Position numbers and translations under genes: made by a program. Under the pieces are notes generated by a model that saw nothing but the letters and a program-made list of their open reading frames with translations, ran no database searches and was not told the origin of the DNA. A stretch of DNA of 55,223 nt, the filler included, from Sphacelaria rigidula (Eukaryota), in NCBI GenBank assembly GCA_964200075.2. It is 5 parts of 5 records of this genome, joined end to end, with 100 filler letters (N's around TTAATTAATTAA, not from the genome) between each part and the next. Parts side by side here need not be neighbours in the genome. Positions count along the whole stretch, not along the records: positions 1 to 10,965 come from CAXNAA020005615.1; positions 11,066 to 22,030 come from CAXNAA020005616.1; 3 more parts are not named here. One strand, written 5' to 3'. The stretch's first letter is position 1. Every line of letters begins with the position of its first letter. Shown here in pieces: positions 1 through 12,299 of this stretch.

Positions 1-984
1 CCGGCTTTGTAGGGATGCGGGGTCAATGGTCTTGTGACTATGGCATGCATGATCATGAGTACACCCCCCTCCCAAAGCAGCCCCAATGTCCACACAGTGC
101 ATGATGGCTGGTTTCAGACTGCGTGAAGCGCCTCATGTGCACGACATTGGCGTAAACAATTCCAAGCGTGGGAGTTTCCAGCTGCTCGGTGTGCTCGACG
201 TTTTTTTATGTATATACACGAATTTTGCATCCCCACACCAATCACCTTGTGTGTTGAGGGGGGGGGGGGGTATCGCGGCATCAGTCAACCATTGCTTTTG
301 CTTTGCTCTCTCGGTAAGCCGACACACGATCCCAAGTGAACGTGTTGCGGAGATATTTCCTGGGTGTTGGCAGCTGCGAAACTAAAGGCGCAACAAATCG
401 TGATTATGTTGAGCTTATACTATGTTCATACTGTAGTTGAAGTGCGACAATCGAATAACATAAACGTCAAAATCAATTATGCGACATCATGTCGCATTTT
501 ACTACCATGGGTTTATCACTGTTATGACTGGTGACACGGGCATCGTTATTGTTCATGTGCGACTACCAATGAATCGAGTCGATCAATCAAATGAATCAAA
601 TCAGGCAATCAGCTCACGTTATTTATACCATGACCATTGACACTCCACTCCCTCGTGGGTCACGTGCGTGAACCGCCAAGTCAGGGGCTATGTCCTCGTT
701 GTTATTGGTGTGAAGGTTGTGGAGGACGCAAAGTGAAAATGGGGTGGCCTCCCACGACCCTTACGTGAATGCCGACACTCCAAAGACGGAATGGACAATG
801 ACCTGATGTGACCGAACATTCATTCCATACGAACATTTCCAAAATTTTATTTTGAACGGAGCTCTCGATATAGTCTGACGCGTGTGTGCGGGCGTGTGAA
901 GGACGAGGGCATCTCTCACAGCAATAAGTGCTGTTTGATTCCAATATTGATATCCATGGCCAAACCGAAACCGGAAATGAATAG

Positions 985-1320
985 GTTTAGCACGACTAGC
1001 ACGCGTGGAACTAAGCGCGCGGCCGTGGTGTCCCTGGTCGAGACTGGCATCAAGGAGCTGTACGCGCGCCAGCTTGCCATGCTGTGCGCCAGCACCGAGA
1101 GGTCCTACAAGGCGGGGTTGGTGAAGCTGCTAGAGCAGGACACGTTAGACGAAGACTCGGAGGCTAACGTTCTTCGCAAGGTAAGGGGTCAGGTTGTCAC
1201 CCTAAGTATGAGGGTTGCCTGACTGTGTTATGTTTCGTGTTTGTTTAACCCCGAGATATGAGAATATTCTCCGTCATTTGACGGATGGTCTGGGTTATAC
1301 GGCAAATATGGTGAAGCTTG

Positions 1321-1355
<35 letters not shown>

Positions 1356-4300
1356 CTCCTATTCCCCTCGCTGACGATGATGCGTACCGCCCGGTTGCCT
1401 CTACTACTGTATTTGCCATGCGTTTTCTTGTGTAGTCAATTTTTGATGATTGTACTATAGTAAAACATAAACAATACCATACTGTACACTTCTTCCATAC
1501 GTACGTGGCTGTTTTTTTTTCTTTCCCATATTCGATCATGTATTGTTTTTTCATGCGTTTTTGTTCTAGGCTTTCGCTTTTGTCACTGGCTTTGGTTTTT
1601 CTGTGGCTGTTGTGTGTGTATATCATACCCTGGACACAAAACTACACTGTCAAAAAGTGTCCTGCATGCAGCATGGAATCTATTGTCTATTGCGATAGAC
1701 GCAATAGTCGATACTGTACGTACTGTAGTGCAGCTGTTGGCAATGTAATCTAATGTCATTGTCCAGGGTGTGGTGCATATATACACAAATGTATAACGAC
1801 ACCACGGTCCCACGGAGGACCAGCTACCGTGAAGGCTGTGTTTGTGTTATAGTTGTAGAGTCTTGGTTAGGGGGTTTGCTGTAGTAGTGTAGAGCACCCT
1901 TAGGTCGCTCAGGATTGGGAGTGTCGTGTGTGTGTAGTTGTTGTTGTCCCATCTATTCTGGACGTCGGTCTACACCTTTCAGGATATGTGGGCGCACCAG
2001 CCGGGGTCACATCAGAGGAAGGCCAACACATGAACTTTTCCTTACTTGTTTGTTTCAGTCCTCCACCTTCCTTCTGCGGTGCCTGCCTTTTTTTTTTTAT
2101 TGCGAGGAGGGTTCAGCAGTCCCTTTCGCTTGTCGACTATTAGATCGAATTTCTTGTACTCACGATAAAGTCGCTCTCCACTGCTGAGCATTGTGTGGGA
2201 AAAAATCCCAGATTGGTCCGAGATTCGAACCCAAGACTCTACCCTCAGAAGGTTTAAGGTTACCAACTAAGCCACCGGGGCGAGCGGCTTCTAGAGTGAT
2301 GCCATATTTTCCGTGACACCAAATGGATGGAAAAAACCCCCTCCGTGGATGTAGCTAAGGGGATCAGACGTTCTGAACCCCAGAAACGTGAGGAATGTGC
2401 TTTCCACACACGCGCGCATGTATGTATATATATATATATATGTGTGTACGTATATAGTGTATATCTACGTTTCTTCCCCTTCCCTTTTTTTGCTGGTTTT
2501 GTTTCTTGTTTTTGTTTTTGTTTTAGAGTTATGCTCTTGTTTTTATTTCCATCAGTTTATTCCGTTTGTTTGCTCGCACTTTTTTTTTTGCTCACCTTTG
2601 CTCTTCAGCAAGCCTAACCGTTCCGCTCACCTTGGGTTCGTCTATTTTGTGGATAATGACCAAGGCTGGGCTGGGTCTCTCCGGAATCGATTCGTGTGCA
2701 ACAATGAATCAATCAATGAATCAATCAATCGACCAATTAGCATTGACTGCTTGTTTTATTGGGTGTGGCTTGCCACTACGGTGCGCGCGTATGTATCTCC
2801 GAGTACCCTGCTATCACAGGTTGATAGCGAGAATTCTGTTCAATGTGTGCATTTTTTGTTTTGTTCGTTTTTTATTTTCTATCGCTATCTTATTTATTAT
2901 ATAAATTATTTATATAGTGATGGCACTGAATGGTTATGACTTTTGCGATGTCGCGTTCGTGCGAAGTTTGAGGCTGCATGCGGCACATCACCGATGGTTT
3001 GGTGGCAGGTGAAGTCTTCGTATCGTCTCCGATCGTTCCTCAAACTCACGTGTGACGATGATGATGACGATAATGATGATGATGATCATGGTCATGATGA
3101 TGGGCGATGGCTTTTGGGACCACGACCGCGTGCATACATGTACTGATTCCAAGTTGATTCCAGTTGTATTGCCCTCTACAGAGCCTCTTGTTGGTATCGG
3201 GCGTTCCTTCTCAAATTATGATAGTTCGTTGTGTACATGGATTCTGTCGTCGACGATTGTTGTTCATGATGCGCTCCGTCTTCAAATGTTTTATTTGCGA
3301 CAGCAATAAATGGAACATGACAAGGACGGGGGCTGATGCAATTATCTCAAAACGAGCATACGGACGATCACACATGACGATGACGACGATGACGACGACT
3401 GCATACTCGATACTGCATCTATCCCATTTCGACTTTTTAGGGTACTGCTGGCCTTCGCTCCGCGTTGTTCCCAATAAAAAAAGCAAACATCTTCTTGTTT
3501 TTAAGGCATTTTTTCTAACTTCTATCCCCCCGTTTGCTGTTTTTTTGTTGTCTTTTTTCCTTTTTGAAAAAAGACGCTTTTTGCCTTTGAAGCGGATGCG
3601 ACGGCCCTGACGCCAGAGGTGTTGAAGCTAGGGTTTGAGGACGAGTACGAGGAGCTGGAGGCCGACCTACAAGACTTCTCGGAAAAGTTCTCCGACTCGC
3701 CCGCCGCGCAGGTCGGAGTGACTACTTTTCTTGACCCTTTTAGCGCCCATCAGCCCGCAGGATGTTTTTTTTTAATTCAAATTTAATTCCTCCGCAGGGA
3801 GTTGGCACCCTTCGTTATGGCGAAAGGTACATTGCCTTCATGGAAACCAGGGTGTCTGCCCCCCCCGCTAGACCATTGCGACGCACAAAGCTCGTCCCTG
3901 GTGATGATGTTTGCATACGACCAGTAGCGGCTCCGCAATCGCGTATGCATCCTTTCCCTCCTCTCCCACGACGCCCCTTCGTTGTTTTCGTGTCCTCGTG
4001 GCCTAACTTGATGGAAATTTATTGCAGCTGGAGGTTCTTCGTTTCTCAACATGCTGCCAATCTGACCTCTGCGTGTGGTTGTCCGTTCCCTCATCTCTGT
4101 GTCGGCGGTTCTGCTGCTGCTGCTGCTGTTGTTGTTGTTGTTGTTTTTGTAATACATTGTAATGTGATGTTATGTTCTGCTGATCAGGCGAGGGCGTTGG
4201 CTAAGGTAGACACCAAGGTGAAGAAGCCTAAGGGGGAACGCAGCGTGGAGTTCGGCCTGGGTCTGGTAAGCGAGAGAGATGTAGTGCGGTGGGTTGCCTG

Positions 4301-5858
4301 ATATAGTGCGGCGGGTTGCAGCCCGGCATGACCGCACTACAGTGGGACCCCCTCACTGTACTAGTACAGTGTAATTACTTGGTATCAGTGCAGCGAATTG
4401 GACTTGTGATGAGTGATTTATATTGCACTGTGGTGGAACCCCTCTCCCCTCCCCACTGTATCACAGTGTACTACGTTGTATCTATATAAATGTACCGCAA
4501 AAGCCCGATACCTCAGTCGTGGACGGGACATGACTCGTTGAATCGTCTGACCTCATTTTTTCGCTCCCCCCATTTTTTTTACGCGAATTCAGTCAGGCGA
4601 CTATTTTTGTTTGATCACCTTGCTTACATCCGTGCTTGTTGTGGCGACCCACGAGTGTGTTTGTGGTGGGTCAGCAGATAGGCGTCAATCCATCATTGTC
4701 ATCAACCAGCAGTAGTTGATCAGGTTAACGTTCGGTGGTGGTCTTCGAGATGACGGACGCGCACTGGAACGTGGAAAATAAGCGGAAACGTTCGTTAAAG
4801 AAAGTGCTCGCGTAGCAAAAGGATGAGTCAAACGAGGTCGTGGTGCAAGAAGCATCGAACATGAACAAAAACCGAGTTGTGTGTATGATGGGTTGGTGGC
4901 TTGATTATCGATTTGTGTCACACATTACGTGGTCCGTTACAAATTTGTGGTCACAAGCTGGAGTAGCTATACCCAAAGTACCAGGCGTTATTTTCTGTGA
5001 CAAGCTTATGTACTTGGTTTAACATACATTGGTATATACGGGGAGTCTAGCTAGACGGTCATTTTTTTTGCAGTATTCCCGCTTTCTTTTGTCCCCTATA
5101 CCGTCATGCTGCAGTGTGTGTCTTGAGCGGGTATCGTTTCGTTTGTGGGGGTGTGGGAGTGTTCTCATGACCTGGCACGCCATAGTGATGAGACAGACCA
5201 TTAACCTTGCATCCCTGCAAAACCGGGACGGAGCACGCCGGGCATTCGCCGGACCGTGTGTGTGTTTTTGGGGGTGGGGGTCATTCTCTCTGTGTGTACA
5301 CTAACGTCCAAAAGTATAATGTGAAAAGTGAACACACCCTTCTCGTGTAGCACTGTCGGCGAAGTTGTTTGTGTGGTGTGTGTTGTGTGACGAGACTGTC
5401 ATGGCTATCTTCACCTGACTGCTGATATTTGGTGTTGTGTCGGCATGCGTGTTGTGTTCGTTGTGTTGTGCTGCATCGACCTCTTTTGTGGACGTACGTG
5501 TGTTTAGCGTCGTGTCTCTCATACGCCAGATTTTGTCCTCTGTGCACAAGCGTTTCATCTGTCATGCTCCAGCGCAGTCGTGTCATGCTCCAGTGTGCCC
5601 GTGTGTATAGTCAAAAGCGTATGTACGTACGTGCGCGTGTGTGCATGTATCACTCCTTCACTCCTTTTTCCCTTTGTTGCGCGCGTCTGACTTTGGGCGG
5701 TCGTTTGCTGGGGGCTTGGGGGGGGGGGGGGGGGGGTGAGGAGATCCAGGTGGGCTGGGGCCCCAGGCCCGGAAGCGCGCACGCTNNNNNNNNNNTTTTT
5801 TGCTTTCTCCTCTTCTCTCTTTTTTCCTTTTTTGGTCTGGGTGGGGGTGGGGGGGGGT

Positions 5859-5892
<34 letters not shown>

Positions 5893-8842
5893 ATCGTACA
5901 TCCAGGTCGGCATGGTCCGACAGCCAGGATACGGCAACTTGCAGGGATTCGCCGGCTACCGCATGGGCCCACACACCGTCACCATGGGTTACGCCAATGA
6001 CGCTTCACTTCCGCGCTCGGTAAGGACCACAACTCCCCGCCCCCTCAGCTTGAAGTGTGTTGATATGTGGGGGCTGTGATGAGGCCGCTTGTTCACGCTG
6101 TTCGCCAGATGCTCAGAGATGAACGAAGAATCCCACTCGGTTTCAAGCCGCTGCACTATACGAGCTGGGCCAGCCTGGAAGCGGATCTGCAGGTTGCAGG
6201 CGAATAATCACCTCAATTTTGAGAGTGCAGTTCCAAAGTTGGTCTGGAGAATCGGTAGGGCATGATGAAAAAAGGAAGTCTCCACACCCTATATATATTT
6301 TTCTTCATGAGTTCGTGGCAAACTACAATACCCAAAACACAACTCTAAAACGTACGTGACACACTAAGTTGAGGGCCAGAAGCGAAATCAATTTTTCTCA
6401 AAGACGTCCTCAATCCATGAAGAAAAATGATGATTCAACCGTTTTCATGATGTATAATAGTATGCCCTTGAATACTTTTACCAAATTTCGAAGCACAACA
6501 AATAAATTTGAGGTTAGAATCCCAGATTAGTGAACTCAATACCTCTGCTCGTAATATATTGAGTTAAGCACAGAAGATGATGTGTTCCACATCTCTAGAT
6601 AGATCCCGAATAAAGTGAGTGTGTGGGTGTCCATCGTTTCCCCGTGCTCCGGGGAATTTTCAGACCAAGAATCATCATTCGCTGGACGTATCTCCTTCCG
6701 CCATGGGGTTAACTCGACATGACGTTCAATCAACGAGAAAGTTTTACGCAGGCTGTAGAGCAGATGGGCACCTGTCCCTTGATTGGACCATTGCTAAGTT
6801 GTGCGGATTACAGCCGAAATGTATGCATCGATGAGATACATACGGCTCTGACAAGTTGAGTGCGTTTGAAGGCTGGCCCAGCGCGCATTACTCACCTAGT
6901 TTTGGTTTGAACAGGAAGTTGAGGACGCCGATCCTTGAACCTTCTCGTGTAATTTTGACGCCATATAAAGCAAGGGCTCTTCTCAACGAAGGGGGTCATC
7001 CCCTTTTTCACAGTTCCATTTTTGAAGAACGACCGCTGATTGATCGCTGCGATAGAACCCCCCCCCCAAAAAAGAAAGAAAGAAAAAAGTCCAAAACGTG
7101 CGCAGAAATCCCCTTTTCAAAAGGGGATTCCTGTGCACCTCGAAGGGGAACACACGTCTCATTCACAGGGATACATGCAAAGGCACACCACACAACCCAA
7201 CACAACCAGAGCTGAATCTGAGGCACTTGATGGTCCCGCAGACCAAAACCACACTGCTCGAGCCATAGCTGCTCATCAGCTGTGCACGTTGTGCGCGACC
7301 TTGCCCAAATCTGTTCAGGATCCATTGAGAAATGATGATTCGTGTGAGACGCGCGCACAGCACACGCTCACTAAACAGTCAGCAACGACACGTTTTCGGT
7401 TGTTTTTGACACGCACGCAGCCGCCATTCGTCCAATACAGAATGAATATTTGTCAAACAAAGACTGTCGTGTGTAGATCAGCAAGGGTTAACATTCAAAC
7501 TAATGCGCGTGAGTGGTGGCTGTCTGTGCGTGTTTTTTCGGGGCTGGGTGTGTAGGCGTTGTGTTGCCTTGTTGCGTCTTGTCTGCAGCATTACACAGAC
7601 CTTGGACTAACGACCACTTCCAGACCCGCCGCATTTCCAAAACCTGTGTGCAGATCTGGGGTCCAATTTATACACAACTGCTTCTAGATAGGACTCAGGA
7701 CTAGTCGTTATGGGACCAATTCCTTGGCAGAAAGAGGTTGTGAAAAAAGGGATAATCCCCTTCGTTAAGAAGGGCCCTAACGGCTGCACCCTGGTTATTC
7801 CGGATGGGCAAGAATGATCGCATAAGCCGTGTTGATATCAAAAAGCTGGTTTCCGTCGTGGAAAATGCGTGACGACGTGAGTAGCAAATTACGGAACTTC
7901 GCGAACGGTGATGGTTTTCGGGAGTGTTGATGATCACGATCCAATGCTCGAGGAATAGTTGCCAGTATCGGGGAGAGTTGGGTTGATTACTTGAGGTCAC
8001 GGACTCCTCCCTGAGGACGGGGGGGGGACTCATTTGTTGCTCGCCTTGGTCGTTTGACCATTGACCAAGCATCCCTTTCGAGACGGAGCAACGGGGGGAG
8101 GAATGAAAGTTCAACGACAAAGAAGAAATGAAAAGCAAGAAAAGACGGGTTAAATAATAGTGTTTTGATTTATAGGAGGTCTTACGCTGATCCATTTTAT
8201 GTGTTGTTCACCTTTGTGCTATATATATGTTGCAGAGAGGTGTGTATATTGTTTCGTGTGTGCGTTGGGCGTGTACGTGTTTTTTGTGTTGAGTTGTAAG
8301 TGTTGTGTTGCAGTTTTCATGTTTTTTTTCGTGTGCAGGTTGTCCTCTTTTTGCGTTTCGAGCGTCGAGAGGTTCAATGAAGCATCTATGCCCTCACATG
8401 CAAATATTGCGTTGTCGATCTACTATTGTGAGGCAAGTTTCGCGTGACACGCTTTGGTCCGTTCCCAGGTTTGGTCCCTGCTCTCGTTTTTTCAATCGTT
8501 GTCGACTACGAAACTAGTAACAGAGCAAAACCACCCGCTTATTCGTGCTCTCCGGTTATTGAGTTTGCTTGGTCGCTGACTTGGTTGCTTTGTCTCCCTG
8601 TAACTGTTCATTGATTGGGTTTGCTTGTTGTCTCCCCCACGATCTCGAGATCTGCAGGGTCAACCAACTCTGACTTGCCTTTTCTTTGTCAAATGTTGTG
8701 TTTTTTTTTTCTCTTCGTCCTCCTGTCGTCCCTATCGCTGTGCCTATGTGTGTGTTCGCCACGCACGTCTGTCTTCCAGAAAAATAGACCGATTCCTTTG
8801 CTGCGCCTCCAGCCCAAGCTCAACATCGACATCGACCTTTGA
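985..8842 (+). CDS. Host gene 1, 3' part; exons 985-1180, 3574-3711, 4188-4265, 5906-6019, 8780-8842 (stop). Sey1/RHD3-like helical region followed by a beta-rich C-terminal domain
   Basis: All five exons have AG acceptors, the first four have GT donors, and the four junctions are phase 0. They give one open frame: ...KRAAVVSLVETGIKELYARQLAMLCASTERSYKAGLVKLL...LRK|TLFAFEADATALTPEVLKLGFEDEYEELEADLQDFSEKFSDSPAAQ|ARALAKVDTKVKKPKGERSVEFGLGL|VGMVRQPGYGNLQGFAGYRMGPHTVTMGYANDASLPRS|KNRPIPLLRLQPKLNIDIDL*. The Sey1 resemblance (KR..l...l..ly..QL..L....f...L) is recalled by eye. The 5' exons lie outside the window. Confidence 0.8.
1624..1772. mobile_element. ~150-bp MITE, TIR CATACCCTGGACA / TGTCCAGGGTGTG
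   Basis: 13-bp terminal inverted repeat with 1 mismatch. A second copy at 47319-47457 has the same ends and carries the core ATGGAATCTATTGTCTATTGCGATAG...AATAGTCGATACTGTAC as a reverse complement. Confidence 0.65.
1938..2289 (-). mobile_element. tRNA-derived SINE, copy 1
   Basis: Minus-strand head has an A box (TGGCTTAGTTGG) and a B box (GGTTCGAATCT), and the element ends in an (ACA)n-like tail. It is collinear with 36708-37066. Confidence 0.75.
2480..2735 (+). mobile_element. 3' end of a non-LTR retroposon (T-rich UTR plus (AATC)n tail)
   Basis: CTTGGGTTCGTCTAT...GACCAAGGCTGG...GTGCAACAATGAATCAATC matches the minus-strand segment at 37585-37670, which also ends in (AATC)n. Confidence 0.5.
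6161..6885. mobile_element. Non-autonomous DNA transposon, TIR CGAGCTGGGCCAGCC (Tc1/mariner-like)
   Basis: TA|CGAGCTGGGCCAGCC at 6161 and GGCTGGCCCAGCGCG ending at 6885. The same TIR occurs at 41415, 44626 and, inverted, at 45524-45537. Confidence 0.55.
6974..7777. mobile_element. PIF/Harbinger-like MITE (~800 bp)
   Basis: ~37-bp imperfect TIR: GGGCTCTTCTCAACGAAGGGGGTCATCCCCTTTTTCACA versus the reverse complement of TGTGAAAAAAGGGATAATCCCCTTCGTTAAGAAGGGCCC. Flanks are CAA and TAA (TWA-type target). Confidence 0.6.
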
Positions 8843-10094
8843 TGTAGAAAATATTGATGTGTACCTTTCAATCGTTGCCTTCAAGTTCAACTTCGACCTT
8901 CCAGGGCTACCGGCTAAATATTTCCGTAGTCAATATCTAGTGACGAGAGGTTGGGAAGAGGAGGAGGAACGGGATGGGGATGGGGGTGAGGGGGTATATT
9001 CATGATCTTGCATGCCGTAGTCATTAGACCATTGACCTCGCAACCGTACCAGGCCGGGACGGAGGACACCAGGTTTTTGCCGAACCAGGCTCGGAAGGGT
9101 GGAGGGGGGGGGGATTGGAAGGTGAAAATGGAGTTATGTTTGCTTGATGCTTTCCCCATTTTGTGAGGAAACGGACTCATGGTCCGGTAGTGGGTTAGTG
9201 GGTTGTTGACTTCCACCCGTTATAGGATGAGGGTCGGCGGTATTGGGGCAATGAAGAGAAACCGGCTTTAAATCACAGCCTCGTGGGGAGGTGTTGGTGA
9301 AGTGCCCCTCACCCGCATCTATCGATACCACTCTTTGTTTTCGGACACGCAGCTACGGTGGTTAAAAGTGTGCACGGAGACGGACTGCAAGAGAAGTTAC
9401 GAGGATATTGCCACGATAGTGCCGAAAAAGCCTGAAATGGGGGAGCGGGTGCCGTTGGATACGGGTGGCGTTCGAGCGATGTTCGTTTTGTGAAGGCTGG
9501 GTGTTGGCCTAATTTGAACGAACGCTGCACGTTTTGTTTCGTGTCGAGGTTGAGTCGCATCCTTTTCCTCTTGTCATACTATCCACTTGTTTTTGTTCTT
9601 GTGGCAGACGCGGTGCGAACAAAACAGGACATGTGATGACAACGACGATTTGAGCAGGGATACTTTTGCCACAAGGTTGTAAGCTTTTCATTGATCGTTG
9701 TACTGCATATTTTTTTTCTATTATTCAGTGAGTTTGATGGCCTTGAAAAAATACGTGTATACATGAGTTAAAAAACGACAAAAAGGAAGAAGCGTCTCTG
9801 ACAACTAAAAAAATGATGAAAGATATCCAATGATCGCCTGGTTTAGCGGTGTCCGGAGACTGCATGGATTCGCGTCGTGAGGTCGCGTATGCTATATGCA
9901 TACGTGCATCCTCGTATCCACGGCTGTACCGACACAATCGTAAGAAATGTCTATGCTTTTCTCCCTGTTTGGAAGAGTTTGAAAAAACCAACCGATGAAT
10001 CGATTCGCGGACGGTATTCGGACGAACGCGGAAAAACAGGCGTCTTCAAACAGTCATTTTATTGCAAATGGCACGAGGACGGTGCAGTACCTGC

Positions 10095-10545
10095 TTTCAA
10101 CACGGGATCTTACGAATTGGGAATGAGGAACCCGGAGAAATAAAATCTTCATATCCACAAAAATATTCGAGGTATGGTTCCATTTATTCACCTACTGATA
10201 GCTTTTGACAACTACTACACGTACAACTACTACACGTACATGATAGGATATCGAAAACTGAAATGTTGGGATCCTAGATGAAGAATCAATTTGGGGGAGT
10301 GCCGGGTGTCCGAATGGACGCCAAAACGGTTCCGAATTTGGTTTTTCACCTAGGACCGCAACATTTCGATGATCGAAATCCAAATTTCTATGACGTGTAG
10401 CAGTTGTGAAAAGCGATCAGTAGGTGAAGAAATGGAACTATATTTCGAAAATTTGGTGTGGAGACGAAGATATGAATTCTACGGGTTTCTCATCCCGAAT
10501 GAAGGACCCATCCCCAATAAGTAAGATCCCGTGTTTTGAGCGGCA
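10095..10545. repeat. Foldback (long imperfect inverted repeat)
   Basis: AACACGGGATCTTAC...GTTCCATTTATTACACCTACTGATAGCTTTTGACAACTACTACACGT (10099-10222) is mirrored by ACGTGTAGCAGTTGTGAAAAGCGATCAGTAGGTGAAGAAATGGAAC...GTAAGATCCCGTGTT (10393-10535). Confidence 0.7.
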
Positions 10546-10965
10546 TGAGGAAGGTTTTTAACCATGAAGGCGAAACATAGTAGTGGAGCTGATGGAGAAC
10601 AGCGTGGTGTGAATCGCGACCTAAGCGCGCTTGTGCTGGATATATTTATGACGCATGGACTGCGGCAGTTTTTTCGAGGCTGGAAATAATGTGCATAATT
10701 TATCTCTCGCTTCCAAGAGCGTCCATTTTGTGTGCGTTCAACACGAATAGTTTGCAACTGAAAAAGCACGAGTAACTGGAATTCCAATTTCACGTTGCGA
10801 ATTTGGTTTCTGCTCTGGGTAAAAAATTCGACTCGCCGTTTTTTTGCGACTTGATTTTCGCGACTCGCTTTTCGCTATATTTTTCCACTCTAGAACCCCC
10901 CTTTTTTTTTTGTCCGCAGGGGACAGGAAGGAACCTTTTATTCATGTAGTTAACTGTTGCTAATT

Positions 10966-11065
10966 NNNNNNNNNNNNNNNNNNNNNNNNNNNNNNNNNNN
11001 NNNNNNNNNTTAATTAATTAANNNNNNNNNNNNNNNNNNNNNNNNNNNNNNNNNNNNNNNNNNNN
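10966..11065. other. Assembly linker (44 N + TTAATTAATTAA + 44 N); identical linkers at 22031-22130, 33096-33195 and 44160-44259
   Basis: Fixed 100-bp length with a six-frame stop oligo in the middle, so these are artificial contig joins. Confidence 0.95.
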
Positions 11066-12299
11066 CACATGTAAGTACACCCACCCATATAAGAAGCGAT
11101 ATGTCTGGTTTCGTGTTTTGCCCCATCCTACGTTGCAATAGTGCCGCTTGGAGTGCCCCGAACGACCAGTGTCGGTTCAGAACAACCAAATACATTTGCG
11201 ACTTGCAACCAATAGGATCGCCTGATAGAAGACTCAGGGTCGTATTGTACAGAGCGTATTACCGGGGAATGAGCGCTGTCGCCCGCGTGTTGAGTGTTGA
11301 CCGAAAAAGGACGGGCCGATGGCATCCCGTTCACTCCCCCGGCAACAAGCCCGTCTCCTCCACGGAGGACGGGGTTTCCGTTATCGCTGTAGTTTCCCGC
11401 CAGAACGGTATGATTTCCCGCCAGTACAGCATGAAAGTCACTTAACTACACACCATCGCTGCTACACATGCCGAACCTCTCGGGTACAAGCCCACGATGT
11501 CGATGCGGTGTGATGATGCAGCCTTGACATAGAGACCCGAGCTGTGTCAGACTGTGTCGCTCTGCCTTCGGCACTACATCATCCGCATAGCAAATGCAGC
11601 TGTTGCGCATCTGCTACTGTACGCGAATGTGTGCACATGTGGCCAGACTACTGTAAGTATCAAGTGAGGTCTCCTCCTCAAGCTGGTGCACTACAGCAAC
11701 TTGGCACGTCCAGGGGCAGCAGGAATGCTGCGCAGTGTCCTTGTGTGAGTCTGTCTGTATGCTTGAGGGTGCGTGCGTGTCATTGACTGAGCGTGTGTGC
11801 TCGTTCTTGCTTAACCCTTACACCGCGAGGTTATTCTTCTGTTGAATTGGCATCAATTTCAAGAGGGGAAAAGTATGCATGATCCAGAAAGACTAATCTC
11901 GCGGTCTAGGGGTTAAAAACGGCGCAATTCTTCTGGGACTGTCACGAAGGACGTGACAGTTGGTGTTGAACAGATGTCGCGAGGGGTGTTGTTCCATGCA
12001 CCACGCTCATATGCGAAAAGTACAGTTTGTTCAAGGCTCGAGAATTATGGATTTTTGAAAGGTGCAAACAAGACTTGGAAAAATCGAAACCACAACGCAA
12101 TACTCCAAAATGAATCCACAACAAAAATAAGCACGGTTAGGACAAAATCAACTCGTGAGTCAACTCAAAGTCATCATCTTAATGAATAAATCATGCGGTT
12201 CGTACATCAGTTGTAATTCACGCAGTCAATCCGTCTTCATGACTCAAGGCGTGATGTAATTCACGCAGTCAACCCTTCTTCATGACTCAAGGCGTGAAT

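Noticed and set aside
5715..5895. Gly/Pro-rich ORFs and an apparent duplicate of exon 4
   Set aside because: Poly-G tracts surround a 10-N gap, and 5745-5785 looks like a corrupted read-through copy of 5900-5940. Likely a sequencing or assembly artefact.
11010..11021. TTAATTAATTAA as a piggyBac site or biological motif
   Set aside because: It is always centred in a 100-bp N linker, so it is artificial.
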